Positions 13,871 through 26,720 of a stretch of DNA of 64,000 bases are shown here, one piece after another. Position 1 is the stretch's first letter; each line of letters starts with the position of its first letter. Source of the DNA: Raillietiella orientalis (taxonomy: Eukaryota); assembly GCA_036172245.1 (NCBI GenBank), contig JAYWIR010000037.1, positions 1,116,001 to 1,180,000 of the forward strand, read 5' to 3'. Position numbers and translations under genes: made by a program. Under the pieces are notes generated by a model. It saw only the letters and a list, made by a program, of their open reading frames with translations, was not told the origin of the DNA and searched no databases.

Positions 13871-15089
13871 GCATGCACCACCATCGTGAGCATGCCAATC
13901 TTGTACACCGCATCGCGGCACCAGACACCCGAAACTGCAGGCTGCATTCTCGTTCCCCTTCAGCCTGTTGCTGATCCTGCGCTCGTTTTGTGCGTTGCTT
14001 AGGAAGACAGAATCAAAAACCAAGAGATTTATTTATAGACACAGCGCACAATTCGAGCAACGTCAGACAATGACCTGCCTACTTTTGTTTCCAAATCTTC
14101 GGCATCGAAACCCAAGGAGTCATGAGAGGATCATAGTCAATGCACGGTTTTATTTTCCTTGTACTCATTCCTAAGAAGAGGAAGAAGGGGCCGTCTAACG
14201 TTGTTGCAATGGGATGTCCGCAGCAACGATGATTGTCTGGTCTCCAGCCGAAACCTATTTCCGTTCCGAACTCTCTCCGAGGACACAACACATAGCTGCA
14301 CTCCCTACTTTCGGCATTGGGGATGCTTTTAAAGTTTATTGCTTTAGTGTCTGTGTTTCCGCGGAGATAAGCGCGCGGCTTAAAAAGATTCTTTTTTACT
14401 CCTCCAACACTTTTGCGGGAACCGCTTGTGTGGCTCTCTCAGAACCTTCGTCTTCCAAGTCCTCCGCTGTAAATCAAACGAAGAGCTCAAGAATTTATCG
14501 AGCTCTCGTTCACTTTGCAGCAGCCTCCGTGTCGTCCTCGCGCTGCCGTGTGGACCCCGAAGACACTTGGCGCGCGCGATCACGTGGCTGCTGATCGCCT
14601 CACCGCGTCACCTGGAACTTTGCCGTCCATTCCGCTGCTCTTTATTTACCCCGAGCCACGCACCGACGAGCGCCTCTTGGAGACCTGAAAGCCATCCGCA
14701 GCGCCGAAGGAGCAATCCTGCCCCTATTGGCCAGCCCGTTTCCTTAGGAGCAAACTCTTTTGTTCGGGGGATCCAAAGTAAAGCTTCTTCCTCCCCCCCC
14801 ACTCTCCCCCCCTTGCTCGGGGAGCGACGAGGCACTCTTGAGCCGCACACGCCGCTCTGTCCTTGAGTGCATGCGAAAAAGTCTCGGACGCCTCCGTGCT
14901 TCAGGAATTTTTCTTTCATCTTTTTTTTTTTTTTTTTCCTCCTCTCCGCAGAATCACGGCAGAAACCCCTTCTTCATCCACAGTCCGATCGAGAGAAGAT
15001 GTGTATCTTCCGATGTTTGAACCGAGTCCGAGCTAATCATGCCCTCCGTCCCCTAATGACGCGCCTTGTCCACACATGCGTTCCGCAAG

Positions 15090-16280
15090 CAGTCCGTCGG
15101 GAAACAAACAAGCCCGACCTGTCAAAGACTGCCGAGATGCTGCGCGTGATCGCCGTTCGTGCGGTCCGCGCTCAGTTCCAAGGGTGATGGGACCGTCTCC
15201 GCCAGCGGTGAGCGCGGGCCCCTAAGGCATTCCGTAGCAAACGGGCGCATCGTACGTCATCCGAGGGTGGGAGAGGCTGTTACAGACAGCCACCACTCGA
15301 GATGAAAATCCTACCGTTAAGAGGAATGCAGCTGCTCGCGCGTGGATCCGAAAGCGAAGAGTTCATCGGTCCGAGAGTGCAGCACCTCGTGGACTCGCGG
15401 GAGAAGACGCTTCGCCTCTCTCCCAGAGCCGGCGAGAGGCGGATGCTTGGGAAAGAAGGGGCCTTCTTTCCTGCTCGACGTGGAACGGAAAGGTCCGCGC
15501 GTCTGGTCCATCCGCTGCCAGCACGCACGGGGAGAACCTCAACGGAGCAAATGCTCTGGACTCCCAGGGAACAGGGAGCTCGGGAGGACGAAAAAATTAA
15601 ACGCCTAGTGGACGAAGGACCAGGACTTTTCCCGTGCGTTCCCCTCCCCCCGCGCCCGCGCGGCTTCCATCGCAGCCATGCGCGAATTCTCTCCACGCTA
15701 CGGAGCATGCGCAGTACCGTTCTCGCTCACGCCGTGTTTCGCCGGAATGCCGCGTGCGTTCTTTTTTCATCCGCGGCGGCGGCGGCATCGGATGCGCCCG
15801 CGCGCGCGGGATAAGTCTCCCGAGATCGCTGCTATGACGAATGTGTTGTTTTTTCTCCTGCTGCTCTTCCAGGAAGCGATAAATCTCCGATACTCGTTAT
15901 AATTAGATAATTTTCCTGCTTGGAGCGGCACTTCTTCGCTCTGAGGTTTTTCTTCCGTCGCGGGTGTTTTCGTTCGAAAGGAAGGAGGAAAAGCGTGCGC
16001 GCTCACGGTCTGCAGGCAGAAAGGAGCGCGTCCACGATCCTCTCGCAGGAAAGGCAAAGGGCAAGGCATCGCACGGCTGCCGGTCATTCCCACCATTCTC
16101 GCGGGAGAGGTGCGGGGGGCGCGGTTGGGGCCTTCCTGGAAGGATTCGCTGAATTTCGGCAGGTGGCGCGTATCAGAAAGAGGACCGGAGACGGGGAAGG
16201 GGAGGAGGCAAGGGAACCGAGTGGTCTCTGCTACAAGACACGCAGCTGGATCCGGCATTCACGCATCTTGGGAAGCAGCA
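15090..16280 (+). mobile_element. Eroded, interrupted RTE-like RT
   Basis: NKP...TAEMLR; LRGMQLL...IGPRVQHL (YRGI.LL...RL); EQMLWTPREQG (LW..L.E.G); KGKASHGCRSFPPF (KGVRQGC.LSP.LF). Confidence 0.55.
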
Positions 16281-16539
16281 GAACATCTCCCCCCCCTCCT
16301 CGCTTCTTCCTCCCCGGGCTGGAGCACGCCTGCGCGGAGTTGATGCCACGGGCACTTTGCCCGGCAGAGCCGCTCGCAAGAGAAGAGAAGAGGAGGACTA
16401 ACGGAATCGTGCGCCCGCCTGTCCATCCTACGCGACTCCTCTGGAAGGTGGGCTGCCGCAGGAATCCACCCGTTTCCCGAGTACCTTGCTCGCTCTGCAG
16501 TGCCCCCCCTGAACACTCCGGCGGGAGAGCACCGCAAAG

Positions 16540-17313
16540 GAACGCGCGTAGGCATCCCTCGTCCAGAAACACATCAGCCAAGGAAAAGACATGCAGTACT
16601 CCTCAAGCTTCTTCCTCACCAATGGGTGATCACCTGAGATTCCAGGACTATGGATACATTCACACCGCCAGGCTGACCTCCTATCTAGTCCTACCAGAAC
16701 GCGCGTGTCGGCTCCGACGGACAGAAGACGAAACATTGTCTCACATGCTAAACAGATGCGAGAGAGACACTTTCATCCGTCCGTTGCGCGACACGGCGCG
16801 ATGCGAGATGATCACCCGCAGGACAGACTGATCAAGGCCGCAGTGGATGAAGCAAAGTGGACCCTAGCGTCCACCAGCCAGACTGCTCCAGAACTCCCTT
16901 TTAAGACCGGACTTCGTGATGAAAAAAGGAAACCGGTTTATCGTGCTGGACGTCTGCTGCCCGTACGAGGGTGGAGGAGAGGCACCGAGAGCAGCAAGGA
17001 GGAGAAAACGGGAAAAATACAAGAGAGCAGCCCTCCAGCTAGGCAGAGAGAGGGGAGCAATGCAGAGTTCATGCTTTCATCGTTGGTTCTCTGGAATCCT
17101 GGAATCCAGGAAACGGGGAAGTAGTACAGGACCTTGGAATCCAAAAAATTAATTGGGGACGATGAGGCGCCGGATGCTGGCTTCGTGCATCCGTACCCCA
17201 GTGACATCTATGCAGTCCATGTCACGCAGAAGACCGACAGCCAGATGCAGTCGAAGCATTCCAGCGATCAGCTCTTGCGAAACGGAGGACAGGAAGCTGA
17301 GGAAGCAGCTTGA
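16540..17313 (+). mobile_element. Degenerate NeSL/Utopia-type (R2 superfamily) non-LTR retrotransposon C-terminus: CCHC knuckle and RLE endonuclease
   Basis: Across frameshifts: SQGK..SSFFLTNG-DHLRFQDYGYIHTARL; CRL....ETLSHMLNRC; ITRR-DRLI; LRPDFVMKKGNRFIVLDVCCPYE (16901-16969); ARRRKREKY; AFIVGSLESWNPGN...LGI; MRRRMLASCIR; SDIYAVHVT; stop 17311-17313. Confidence 0.9.
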
Positions 17314-17859
17314 CTAAGGGCGACGAGCGCTCCAGATGAATAGAGGAAGAATCGCGGAAGAATGCCAAGCGAATGCTCTGTAAGATCAGGGAATAATGCC
17401 CTGTAACACGTTATCCAATTGTAAATCAAAACAATGTAAACTGCCGTCCAGTTTCAAGCGCTGTGCTCAGTTGGTCCAGCTTCTTGTTTCTTTGGCGCTT
17501 CCACTCCTGGTGTCTCAAGAGAACTGGAAGAAGAGGCGAGGACGGAGATTGCGGCTTGACCCCAAAAGGAAAACTCATAAATCTGGATGGGAAAGAAAAT
17601 TCCCACCGGGAAAAACTGCCTCTTCCCCGAGCCTCAGAGAGATTCCTCTTTCACCTAGCTGCTTTCCGGAGTGGTTGCTGCGACTGCTAGCCTCCCAGCT
17701 GCACCATCTTCAAGTCGGAGCGCTTGAGGATGCTGTGGATGGACGCCTCATTTTTTTTTTTTTTTTCAAACACACGAGCGCGCGCACACACTAAAGAAGA
17801 AGATCAGTTTTTCTTGCCAGCCAGCTTTCCGTGCTCGCTGAATTCTGCACCAATTCATC

Positions 17860-19180
17860 AGATGCTGCTGCTCTTGGGAAGGTCCTCGGTTCGAATACGC
17901 CCCCAGCTTCGAGCCTCCAGCAGAGATCCACACCGCAGTCCACTCCCTCATCTAACACAACCCGCTTCCAGGTGTCTCCAGGTTCGGCCAAGGCTACGGG
18001 CCTTACAACCTTCCGGGCAGCATCAGGGAAGCATCTGCAATCACGGATGCTTCTTGTATGTAAATCGAGGCCGAGAGAGATCGCTCCAAAAAAGCGATTC
18101 ATGGATGAGGGAAGGTCTGTGGTCCGGAGAGGTGGAGAGGCGATTCCCGAAAGAGGAAAATCTCTCTTGCTCGCATCAACGCCGCGTGCCACGCCTCTCC
18201 CTTCCCAGCGTGATTGATAGCACGCATTATTCCTTCTTTAGGAACCGCAGCTCTCGACTTCTCCGGAGACGGAAACGCTTCCACAGAATCGTTTCCCATA
18301 AATCAACATCTTCGTTTGCGGCACAAGATCACGCGCATTAGTTTTTCTCGTCTTTCGCCTCGAAGACCTTCGATCGTGCTGGTCTGCCGGCCCTGGAGAA
18401 CATCAGGAGCGATTAGCGGAAAATGTCTTTCGGATTAGAAGAGCGATCTCGTAATGCTTTTTTAATGCCCGGCGCCCTTCCTGCGCTGCAGACGCGAACG
18501 CCCGCGCGCCGCCGAGGCTTTCATCCTTGCGCGTTGCCTTTCCTTCCCCGCGTGCTCCCTGTCTCAACGGTCTTTGCATAATCCGCAGGTCGAAGGGCAG
18601 GAGTCCCTCGGCATCGTCGATAGGGGCCGCGAATTAAGGAGGATAGGACCAACCGGCGGCGATGCTGCAGGTTGGTCCTATAGGGTGTCCTCCTCCGTGC
18701 CTGACTGGTTTGCACTGACGGACGGTCCTCACTCTTTCGCAAGCCCCGGCCTTCCCGTCCCGAACGGGAGGAACCCTTGACTCTGAAGAAAAGAGCTCCC
18801 TACCGAAGAACGGGACCGGAGGAACTCTCTTCAGGAAGAGCAGTCTAGCTCAGAGATTGCCGCAGGAGGTCTTTGTGAACCTGTCTAATGGGGATGGAAA
18901 CTTGGACCGTTCCGGAGGAAAAGCACCGTGGTCACGCTCCCGCGTTGGCGGCCGTGCAGCCACGGCGTCCGAGCGTAGCACAGAGGCTCGCGGGTTTGAA
19001 AGGATCGACTCCTAGTCGATGCGTCGTGGGTTTCGAGTTCACATGCATGATGACGCCGAGGATGTCTCGGACCTCGGGTTCCATAGGTAGGGTGCACTCT
19101 CGTCAGAGGCCAAATGCCTCGGCTCCTTCTAGACCCTTAGAGGTCCTTCTTGGGAACCAGGGTTGCCACCCAGCAGAAAC
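17860..19180 (+). mobile_element. Eroded RTE-clade RT and thumb region
   Basis: LQKSDSWMREGLW at 18084-18122 (L.KAFD.V.REGLW); STESFPIN; RELRRI (EI.RRI); LFRKSSL...EVF; LMGMETWT at about 18885-18908 (LLYG.ETWT). Confidence 0.65.
18643..18681. repeat. Inverted repeat, 12 bp + mismatch + 5 bp
   Basis: ATAGGACCAACC-G-GCGGC-GAT-GCTGC-A-GGTTGGTCCTAT. Confidence 0.9.
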
Positions 19181-19249
19181 TGCGAGGCAGCGGTGTTGTC
19201 GAGCTGCTGCGACGGCCCCGAGGGGTGAAGCAACTTGGCAAAAAGAGGA

Positions 19250-19560
19250 AAGCAACAAAGTGATCCTCGCCTCCTCATTTTGCATTGCTTCTCGTCTCAG
19301 CAGCCATTCATGCATTATCTGGTCCTTGTAAACCGCACGCTGTCACGATTCCCGTTTTGGCAGAAGATCACCAGAACATTCTGGAAACTTCCTTTTTCCA
19401 TCATGCACAGTTCATTATGCCAAAGCACCCCTCGGTTTAGGATCCTTCTAAAATACCACACTTCTGCCATGGAACTTTCATAGTGTTCTGTACATAGGGG
19501 CGAGTGAGGACAACGCTGAGAAGTGATATTTGCTCTGTACTGCCACCAATTTCTAGATTT
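19250..19560 (-). mobile_element. Eroded RTE-clade C-terminal region
   Basis: MAEVWYFRRILN (A.E.W..RRIL); YKDQIMHEW (W.D.I..W). Confidence 0.55.
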
Positions 19561-20474
19561 TCCTATTAATACCGTTCCATTAATCGCTAACTGTATTTGA
19601 GCATACTTGACAAGAGAGAAGAGATGGAAGAGATGGAACATCAAGAAATGCGTAAAGAAGCGAGGATACGAAAATCTGGTTCGTCCATCCTCCTCTTTCC
19701 GTCTTAAACTCATTATTGATGCCATTTTTATTCTCTGATCTTGCGCTCTGCATCTCGTTTGCCTTTTTGCTCGGATTCTTGAAACAGCGGCCTTCAAGGA
19801 GGTCTCGCCCTGGCTTATGATAGTGAGGTTTTCTGTCTCCAGCATCCGACATTCTGTTTCACCACTGATGCCGAATTCATAGATCCTCCATTCGTGTTTC
19901 CCATGAAAACAGTGATGAAGAAACATCTGAAAGGGAGATTAGGATTGATGTGAAGTGGAATAGTTTGGGAAGAGATGGAGTTCAGCCGAAGAGGGAAGTT
20001 TGACAAATTCCTTCCTCATGGATCAGGTAGAGACGGTTGATGGTCGCGACATGGAAGACGAGACAGCTGTCGAAATTTTCTGTCTTCGCTCAGAGAAAGA
20101 GAAAGGGAGTTGGATGCTCACGACCTCATCAGTTAGGAAAAACAGATCGGTCAAATGCATCTGCTGTTCCGCCTGCAAATGCAGGAAATGACTGCTGCAG
20201 ATAAAGATGGATCTGAGCGTGATGTCCAAATGATATAAAAATTAGATTAAGCAGAACGCGTGATACATAAAGGAGACGAAAGGGCAGTTACATGTTTTTT
20301 TTTCTTCTGTACTTTCTGGTAAGGAAATGACATTCTTTCGTAGAAACCGTTCCAAACCGAATACGTGTATCATTGAGACAACAACAACACTAAAAAAAAA
20401 AAAAAAAATCATTAAGGTCAAGCCAAAAAAAAATCCTCATTAGGAGACTGGTATTAAATAAAGGGGAAGCCTAA

Positions 20475-20577
20475 AGATCATGGAGCAGGAAGCAGTAAAA
20501 TTTTGCACTATGTATCCTGGTCCATGATCTCAACATAACAGGAAGCAGTAAAATTTTGCAATATGTATCCTGGCCCA
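20475..20577. repeat. 39-bp direct duplication (period 53) nested with an inverted repeat
   Basis: CAGGAAGCAGTAAAATTTTGCAcTATGTATCCTGGtCCA at 20486-20524 and 20539-20577 (2 mismatches); AGATCATGGA 20475-20484 is the reverse complement of TCCATGATCT 20521-20530. Confidence 0.9.
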
Positions 20578-21929
20578 CTCGATTCCACTATTCTTATCAT
20601 TTCGGGGCACCGCAGCACCTGAGCAAAACTTTCCTGCGGTTACCACTGTTCCGCATTTGAAACAGCTGCAGTAACTCGTTAGGGCATCCATGAGAGTTCA
20701 AATCTGTGGTGAGATTCGAATTTGAAAAAGGCACTTCCGATCCGATCACTGCATCATTACAGCAGAATATCTTCCTCAGTCAGAGGGTTCCTTTTTTTTT
20801 TGTGTGTGTTGCAAGATCAATGCCACGTGAGGAAACCGTTGGAAGAAGAAAGGGAATGATTTTCAGAAAAACTGGTCCCGAGAAGTTTTCGGAGCTTGGC
20901 TGATGCGCAAGGGAAAGATAAGCTGTGCGAGGCTGGGAGAGAGGGAAGGATGGAAAGCGACGAAAAGTGCTACTCTGAAAACACGAGAAAGCTTTCTTAC
21001 CTTTTCTTTTCCTCAAACAGCAGTCTCTCCGCTTGAACGAGGAGAATGCATGCGAGGATGAAACATCCAAGGATGTGCACGATCAATCAGTTTCTGGCAA
21101 AACGGAACCGCTCCCTCCGCACAAAAGATATCCCTCCCGCAGGAATTTACTGTCAAAAAACAAAAGAAATGACACCCTCAAAAGATTCTTATCCTTGAAA
21201 GCCACTTTCTGAGAGTGCGCTGCATCCAAGAGCTTGAAGAAATTTAACTACCGATGATGTTTGGACGTATGAAGAGGACTAACCGAAGCGAAATTCCAGA
21301 CTAGGAAATACGCGCAACGTGCTGCTGCTCTTCCAGATTGTTATTGCATCCACTGATCGATTATTCTGATCCTTTCTCCCGCAAAGGGAATCATGTTCGA
21401 GTCTGAGAGCCACGGAAGCACCGACGCAAGGAACCTACCAGGTCCAGTGTCTTCTTGCAGCCGCCGGACACCAAGGCAGTTTTCACAAGGGGATAGCAGC
21501 AGCAGAAAATACGAAAGAAAGGAGACACATTTGACTTTTTGGATGGATATGGTCAAAAGAAGTCATTTGGTCACAACGTCCCCTGCAGAGCCACAAATGT
21601 GCACCCGCATGAAGCACACCTTGAAGACGCAGCATCTTTACATGTGCCGCAGACTGCATGTCTAACTGAAGCAAAGAAGGCACACATATTTTGTTCATGA
21701 CTCCCCTCCAAAGCTGAACATCTTCAGCAGGCATCTTCAATGCGTGACAATGCGGTAGCCATAATTGGAATAACGTTGAAAAAAGAAAATGGATTCTTTA
21801 GCGAAGATTTGTAGCTTAACAGTGGGGTTGCAACGAGAACACCATGGGAGAGATCATTGGCACAGCTTCTGATAAAAACTATCCGAGGAATGACTCTTTC
21901 GACTATCATTTTGTAAACTGACCAAAGTT

Positions 21930-22200
21930 TCAGTAACAACAACCGAATAACTGGGAGCACGAAATCGTTCTCCATCTTCTCATAGGGGATCAAAAAAGAT
22001 GCAACCCAGGCATGTAAGTAGTCAAGCAAGCTGCGGAAGCTACGGAGAAGATATACCTCCAAAAAGTAAAATAGGAATCCTAGGAGATAGTTGCAGACAA
22101 GAGCATCGTCGGCATTATTGAGTGATCTGCTTATACTGTAAATGGAGTCTGGAAAATGCTCAGCAACCTCGAAGATAGCATGGGAAGCAAGCAAAGCAGA
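21930..22200 (-). mobile_element. Eroded CR1/L2-like RT catalytic region
   Basis: ORF 21724..22194 carries HFPDSIYS...NNADDALV (DLP..I...FADD) and SLLDYLHAWVASFLIPY (DLD.L..W...W...FN). Confidence 0.7.
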
Positions 22201-24299
22201 CTCTTTGCAAAATCGGCTCTGAGAATAGCAAGCTCGAAACTTACCCCCAGGGCTGGGCTTACGGCTTAAACATGCTCATAATGATAATATGACCACCTTT
22301 TTTTGAGGACCATTTCCTCTTCCTTTCATGCATGCAATCACAGGGAATGCTCTTTTCGATCATCAAACAGATCTCCTGTCTTACCCGCATTTGCATTGAC
22401 ATGGCGCCCGTGGATGATTTTCACTTACCGTTGTTTCCGGAAGAAGCAATCATTTCTCCAAACTCTGTTTGGGACTGTTTTGACCATTCGGCATTTCCGA
22501 TTCCCTTTGGCATGCCCGGTTGGGGCACCGTTCATGGCTCATTTTCAAGCAACAGCAATAATTTTGCATAGAAAAGCGCAAAGAGATGGACATGCTTCGT
22601 CTCTCATCTGTATTCTAAGTTTACAATCTGTGTGTGTGCACGTGGATCAAAAAAGGATGCCATGCTTTGAATGAAAAAAAAAAAAAAAATAGTACGATTT
22701 CCTTCGAAACACAGCTTTTGTTGTACTTTCAGGGGATGGCACTGAGGGTAAGGCGCAACAAGAGCAGGGCATTTAGGAAGTCGTTTTGAGGTCAAACGGA
22801 CGACTCGTCGACCGACTCGTGCTGGCAGATGAAGTGGTTCGCACCCGGCGCGATTCCAGATTCCAGTCCCGGATGGCTGGGGGCATTAGCCGCGTTCAGC
22901 CGACCGCATGGCGCGGGAGGGGTCGTACTGAATCGCAAGGATTGAAACCTGCATCCAGAATCCGCGCTCCGCCGACTGGGTATGCGGACGCATTTTGACA
23001 AGAATGCGCGCAACTGGCAGTTCCTTTGAGACGGCATCTTTCGCAACACTGACAGCGGAGCAATGCTCGGAACGGTGGTTCACTAGTCATCACTGATGCT
23101 ACCCTCGAGCTGGAGCACTTCAAGGAAAACCAGATTTCTCCTTGTCTGCCATTTTACAACAAAAGATTTCATAAACATCCAAAAAACGGGGGGACAGCCA
23201 AAAAAAGGCACCTGATAGCATCAAGCAGTAAGCGTTTAGAGACTCGGGTTTGATGGTGATGAATTTCGTGTTTGCTCGTGTCTTACTCTTCGAACTTCTT
23301 CCTCAGAGGTTTCTCTAAGCTAATATCCATAGCGGCGGTTCCTCATCACGCTAATGGACCACTTTGCGCTCTCCCAACCTACAGGTGAGCACACACTTGA
23401 TTAAAATGCATCTTTGCGCTTCGAACAAGAAGTCATTTCCCTTTCTCCGTTCGAACGATGCCCGAGCATCCATGAGCAATTTCATCTTCCCGCTCTAACC
23501 AGTCTTTGTAATCCACAGTAGCATCGAGAGTACTGTTGGTACGCATTTCCGAGTTCCTGACTGATGAGGCGGGAACCGAGAAAGTACTGCCACAGGAAAT
23601 GTGCGCGTTCTTCATCTCCTCTTGGTGACCTGCTCTTGCAGGAAGCACCTGGGTCGGTATCAAGGAAGCCAGCCGAATGTTTCCTGAATTCTGAGAGGTG
23701 CAAGCTGCTGATGGAGATTAAGTTTAGAGAGGTCAGCTTGTGTGTGAGCGCTGCATTGCTCGGATGCTGAACATAGGCTGTTTCCGCTTTTTCTGGGCTT
23801 CCTTCTTAGCGCGTACTCGGCAGCACGAGGAGAGTATTTCCTTCATAACGTTCTAAAGATCCTGACTCCTACTGGGCAATTTACGGGAACCAATGCCTTC
23901 AAACCGTCCAACTGTCCGTTTGCATTTCTCTCAAGCAATGTGGTGATGGACTGTTCCGCACAACGCGCGTAGTATGTTCCCGCTACAGCAACAACATCCA
24001 GGTAGGTCAATGTGTCTTGTATCAGTCTGTTTTGTCAGGGGTTGCCTTTAAGCTTCCATGACTGGAATCCGGGAAAGAAATCTTGCTTTCGAACTTGGAG
24101 GAAGTCAAAGAAGAAAGACTCCTAGTTTCCACGGCAGCATTCCTATGCAATTCAAAGCAACTTTCACAAAGATGCAAAGAAAAGACACTCCGAATGCACA
24201 GCATCTCTGTGCAGAAGTCCGTTTCAGGTCATTGGAGGCATCCCAGGAGAATCGTAACAAAATCCTTATGTTCTGAGATCCTTTCGCAACTAAGGAAAG

Positions 24300-24930
24300 C
24301 TTGCCTTTGATGCGCTGCATTCCAGGATGGACAAAGCGATCAGCTCCAAAGTCGAAACTGCAAAGATGGGTTTCACAAGAAAAGGTTGACGGTTGTGGAT
24401 GGAAGCTGGACTTGAGAATGAGCAGAATTAGCTGAAGACTGCAGTCCAAGCTACGAGAGAAAGAGCAAAAGACCTGGAGGACCGTTAAAGGAAGAAATCA
24501 AATAATCTGAATAAGAGGAAGCGAGCCAAGCCGAATAAACCAGCAGTTGGGAAGTTTCCTCTCCGCATCACTGTGTGGACCCTCCTCGCTGTTTGGAAAG
24601 ATAATCTGTGAATGATGTGACAAGAATATAAGGCAGGTCCCGCGTCCGGGAAAGATTTGCGTTTTCAAGATCACCTCAGAACATTCTGAGTACAGTCTTC
24701 AACCAGGTCGTCATGGAGGCTCAAAAGTCGAGAGTGATTTTCCGACCCAAAGGATGAGGAAGACCTTCAGGGATGCTGAAGAAGAAACGATGTCGCAACG
24801 GTATCCAGGGTTCAGCGATGCTGGGAGACATAAGGTTGCCAGGAACGAGTCAGCGAGCAATGCATTGCAGGAAGCATCGGTGAGGATCGACTTGAGTAAC
24901 GCCTCAAATACAAAAGGGATGAGATACAAA
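24300..24930 (-). mobile_element. Possible eroded LINE RT fragment
   Basis: FEALLKSIL....NALLADS; SFDFGADRFVH (DF..AFD.V.H). Confidence 0.35.
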
Positions 24931-26269
24931 TTCCTCGCGAGGAAGCGAAAAGCCGATCGGCTTTCGAAGATATCAAAAAGTTCTTCGTCTCCTTGTTCTC
25001 AACTGAAAGAGGGAAAAGGACGAGGAAGCGAGGGAGAAAATCGTGGCCATTCATGAACTATGAAAGCTGGTGACAGCAGAGGCGTTCGGTGTTTAGTGTT
25101 TTCTGAGTGACGCTGAGGATTTTCAACAGAATGAATTGAGTGAACGGTGGGATGTTAGGAACATCGCGGCACTTGGTCCAAATTGTTTAAATTGCTTCGT
25201 TTAATGCATAGGAATGAGGTGAGATTCGAGATGGAACTATTAATTATGTTTTGGGGCTACAGTGAGGGCATGGGTGGTGCATTGTGGGGAGTAGGAGATG
25301 GGACAGGTGAGATAGGGCTAATGATTGTGTTATTTGAAAGCGCAGAATGCAGGGTGCTGATGCCGGAATGAGTGAAAGACGGAGTCGGCATGCGTAAGGA
25401 AGAATGGATCTGTGGGTGTCATTCCTCGAGGAAGATGAGCCGATATGACTCGTGCAAAGTATCCACGGGCTCTTCGAAGAGATGGTTCTGCTGCAAAAGC
25501 ACACGCTTACCGGCTGGGCGTGAGAAAGACGATTGATCCGAAGACTTGCTTTCCTGCACTTGCTCGGAGAAACAGAAGCATTTGCAGTTTTCTGGCTGCT
25601 GTACAATTAAGGATGAAAGTCACAAACAAACGCTGTGAGCAGGGCCTGCAGGGCATTTGTGATGATTCTTCATCGTTTTCAAATCCACGTAGAGCTTTCA
25701 GAAACCTGAAGATCTACAGTGAGATCTCAAAGTTCGCGACGCCAATGCCTCTGCATCAGGTTCAGAAGAAAGAAATGGTCTCCTCTCGGGAGGTGTTTTC
25801 AGTTGACTCCTCTCTGGACGACTGGCTACAGCGGATGAGAACACACTGTCTCCTTTCCAAACTATAAAACAATCCGGTTAGTCGGAACCGGGTTAGGTTG
25901 CAGGCGCAAAAACAGATGATAGATGGGAATGAGGCAGCAGAATTTTTTTTTATCGCATCTAAGCGTTCCACGTGCTGGACAGCCCTCAACGAGACTTTTG
26001 GAAGCCAAGGAAGAACTGGATAACTACATAACTTCCTCGACTCGACTCGACTTCCAGAAGATCTCAGACTTCGCTTTAGCCCGGTGAAGGCGGGTGAAAG
26101 CGAAAAAAAAAATTTTTTTTAAAGTTAAACTTGCAAGTCGGGAAACAGCAAAAGGAACGGTTCGGCGGCACGCAGGCCGGGAATTCAGGAATTCTGGAGA
26201 AGGAAGGAGAGGGCTATGAATAAGTGGGAGAAAAAAAAAAAGGGGGGGGGGGAGCTTTGATATGAATCG

Positions 26270-26720
26270 CTCCTGTAACCGGAGCTGAATGGTGGCGACC
26301 ACTTGCTCCAAGTAAGACCACCTCGCAGCCACCCTCACGAAAGCGGTTGCCATGCGGGAATGACTTCCTTCGCTGCACCCGAAACTCGAACACATGGCAG
26401 GCTGTGTTGACGACGCGAATGCGACGTCACGCTGCAATCACGGCCCTGCATGACGAAAGTCCGCCGCACGCGTAGAATCTTCGTAGCAAGTCCATGGCGG
26501 TGTCCCTAGGGTGCAGGAATGCTGAAGACAGACTCCCACAGTGCAGCCACAGGTGGGGGAACGACTCAATTGCCTCGCACATTAAGCAGTTTTGGGACGT
26601 AGCTCCCCTAAAAAAAAACTAATTGCACAGGAAGCACCAGCGCGGAATCGGCAGTAGATCCTGCTCCCTTCTCAAGGGGAATACCGAAAGTGTTCTTACG
26701 TGAAGGAGGGACCGCAAGTT
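26270..26720 (-). mobile_element. Eroded Tx1/L1-like ORF2 C-terminus with CCHC (zf-RVT) motif
   Basis: CLMCEAIESFPHLWLHC (26588-26538) = C-x2-C-x7-H-x4-C, preceded across frameshifts by REQDL-CRF..G-LPV...RG..SQN. Confidence 0.6.

Larger units (their letters stand above)
12950..19200. other. Second GC/CpG-rich domain
   Basis: Raised GC and retained CpG/CGCG relative to 1-12 kb and 19.3-33 kb; boundaries judged by eye. Confidence 0.5.

Noticed and set aside
20486..20577. CRISPR-like repeat-spacer-repeat
   Set aside because: Only two copies, 14-nt spacer, eukaryotic context, no cas genes.
19300..26100. Apparent multi-exon minus-strand gene (briefly considered FANCA-like from VDYKDWLERE)
   Set aside because: Candidate exons could not be joined without stops, and several segments carry RT motifs instead.
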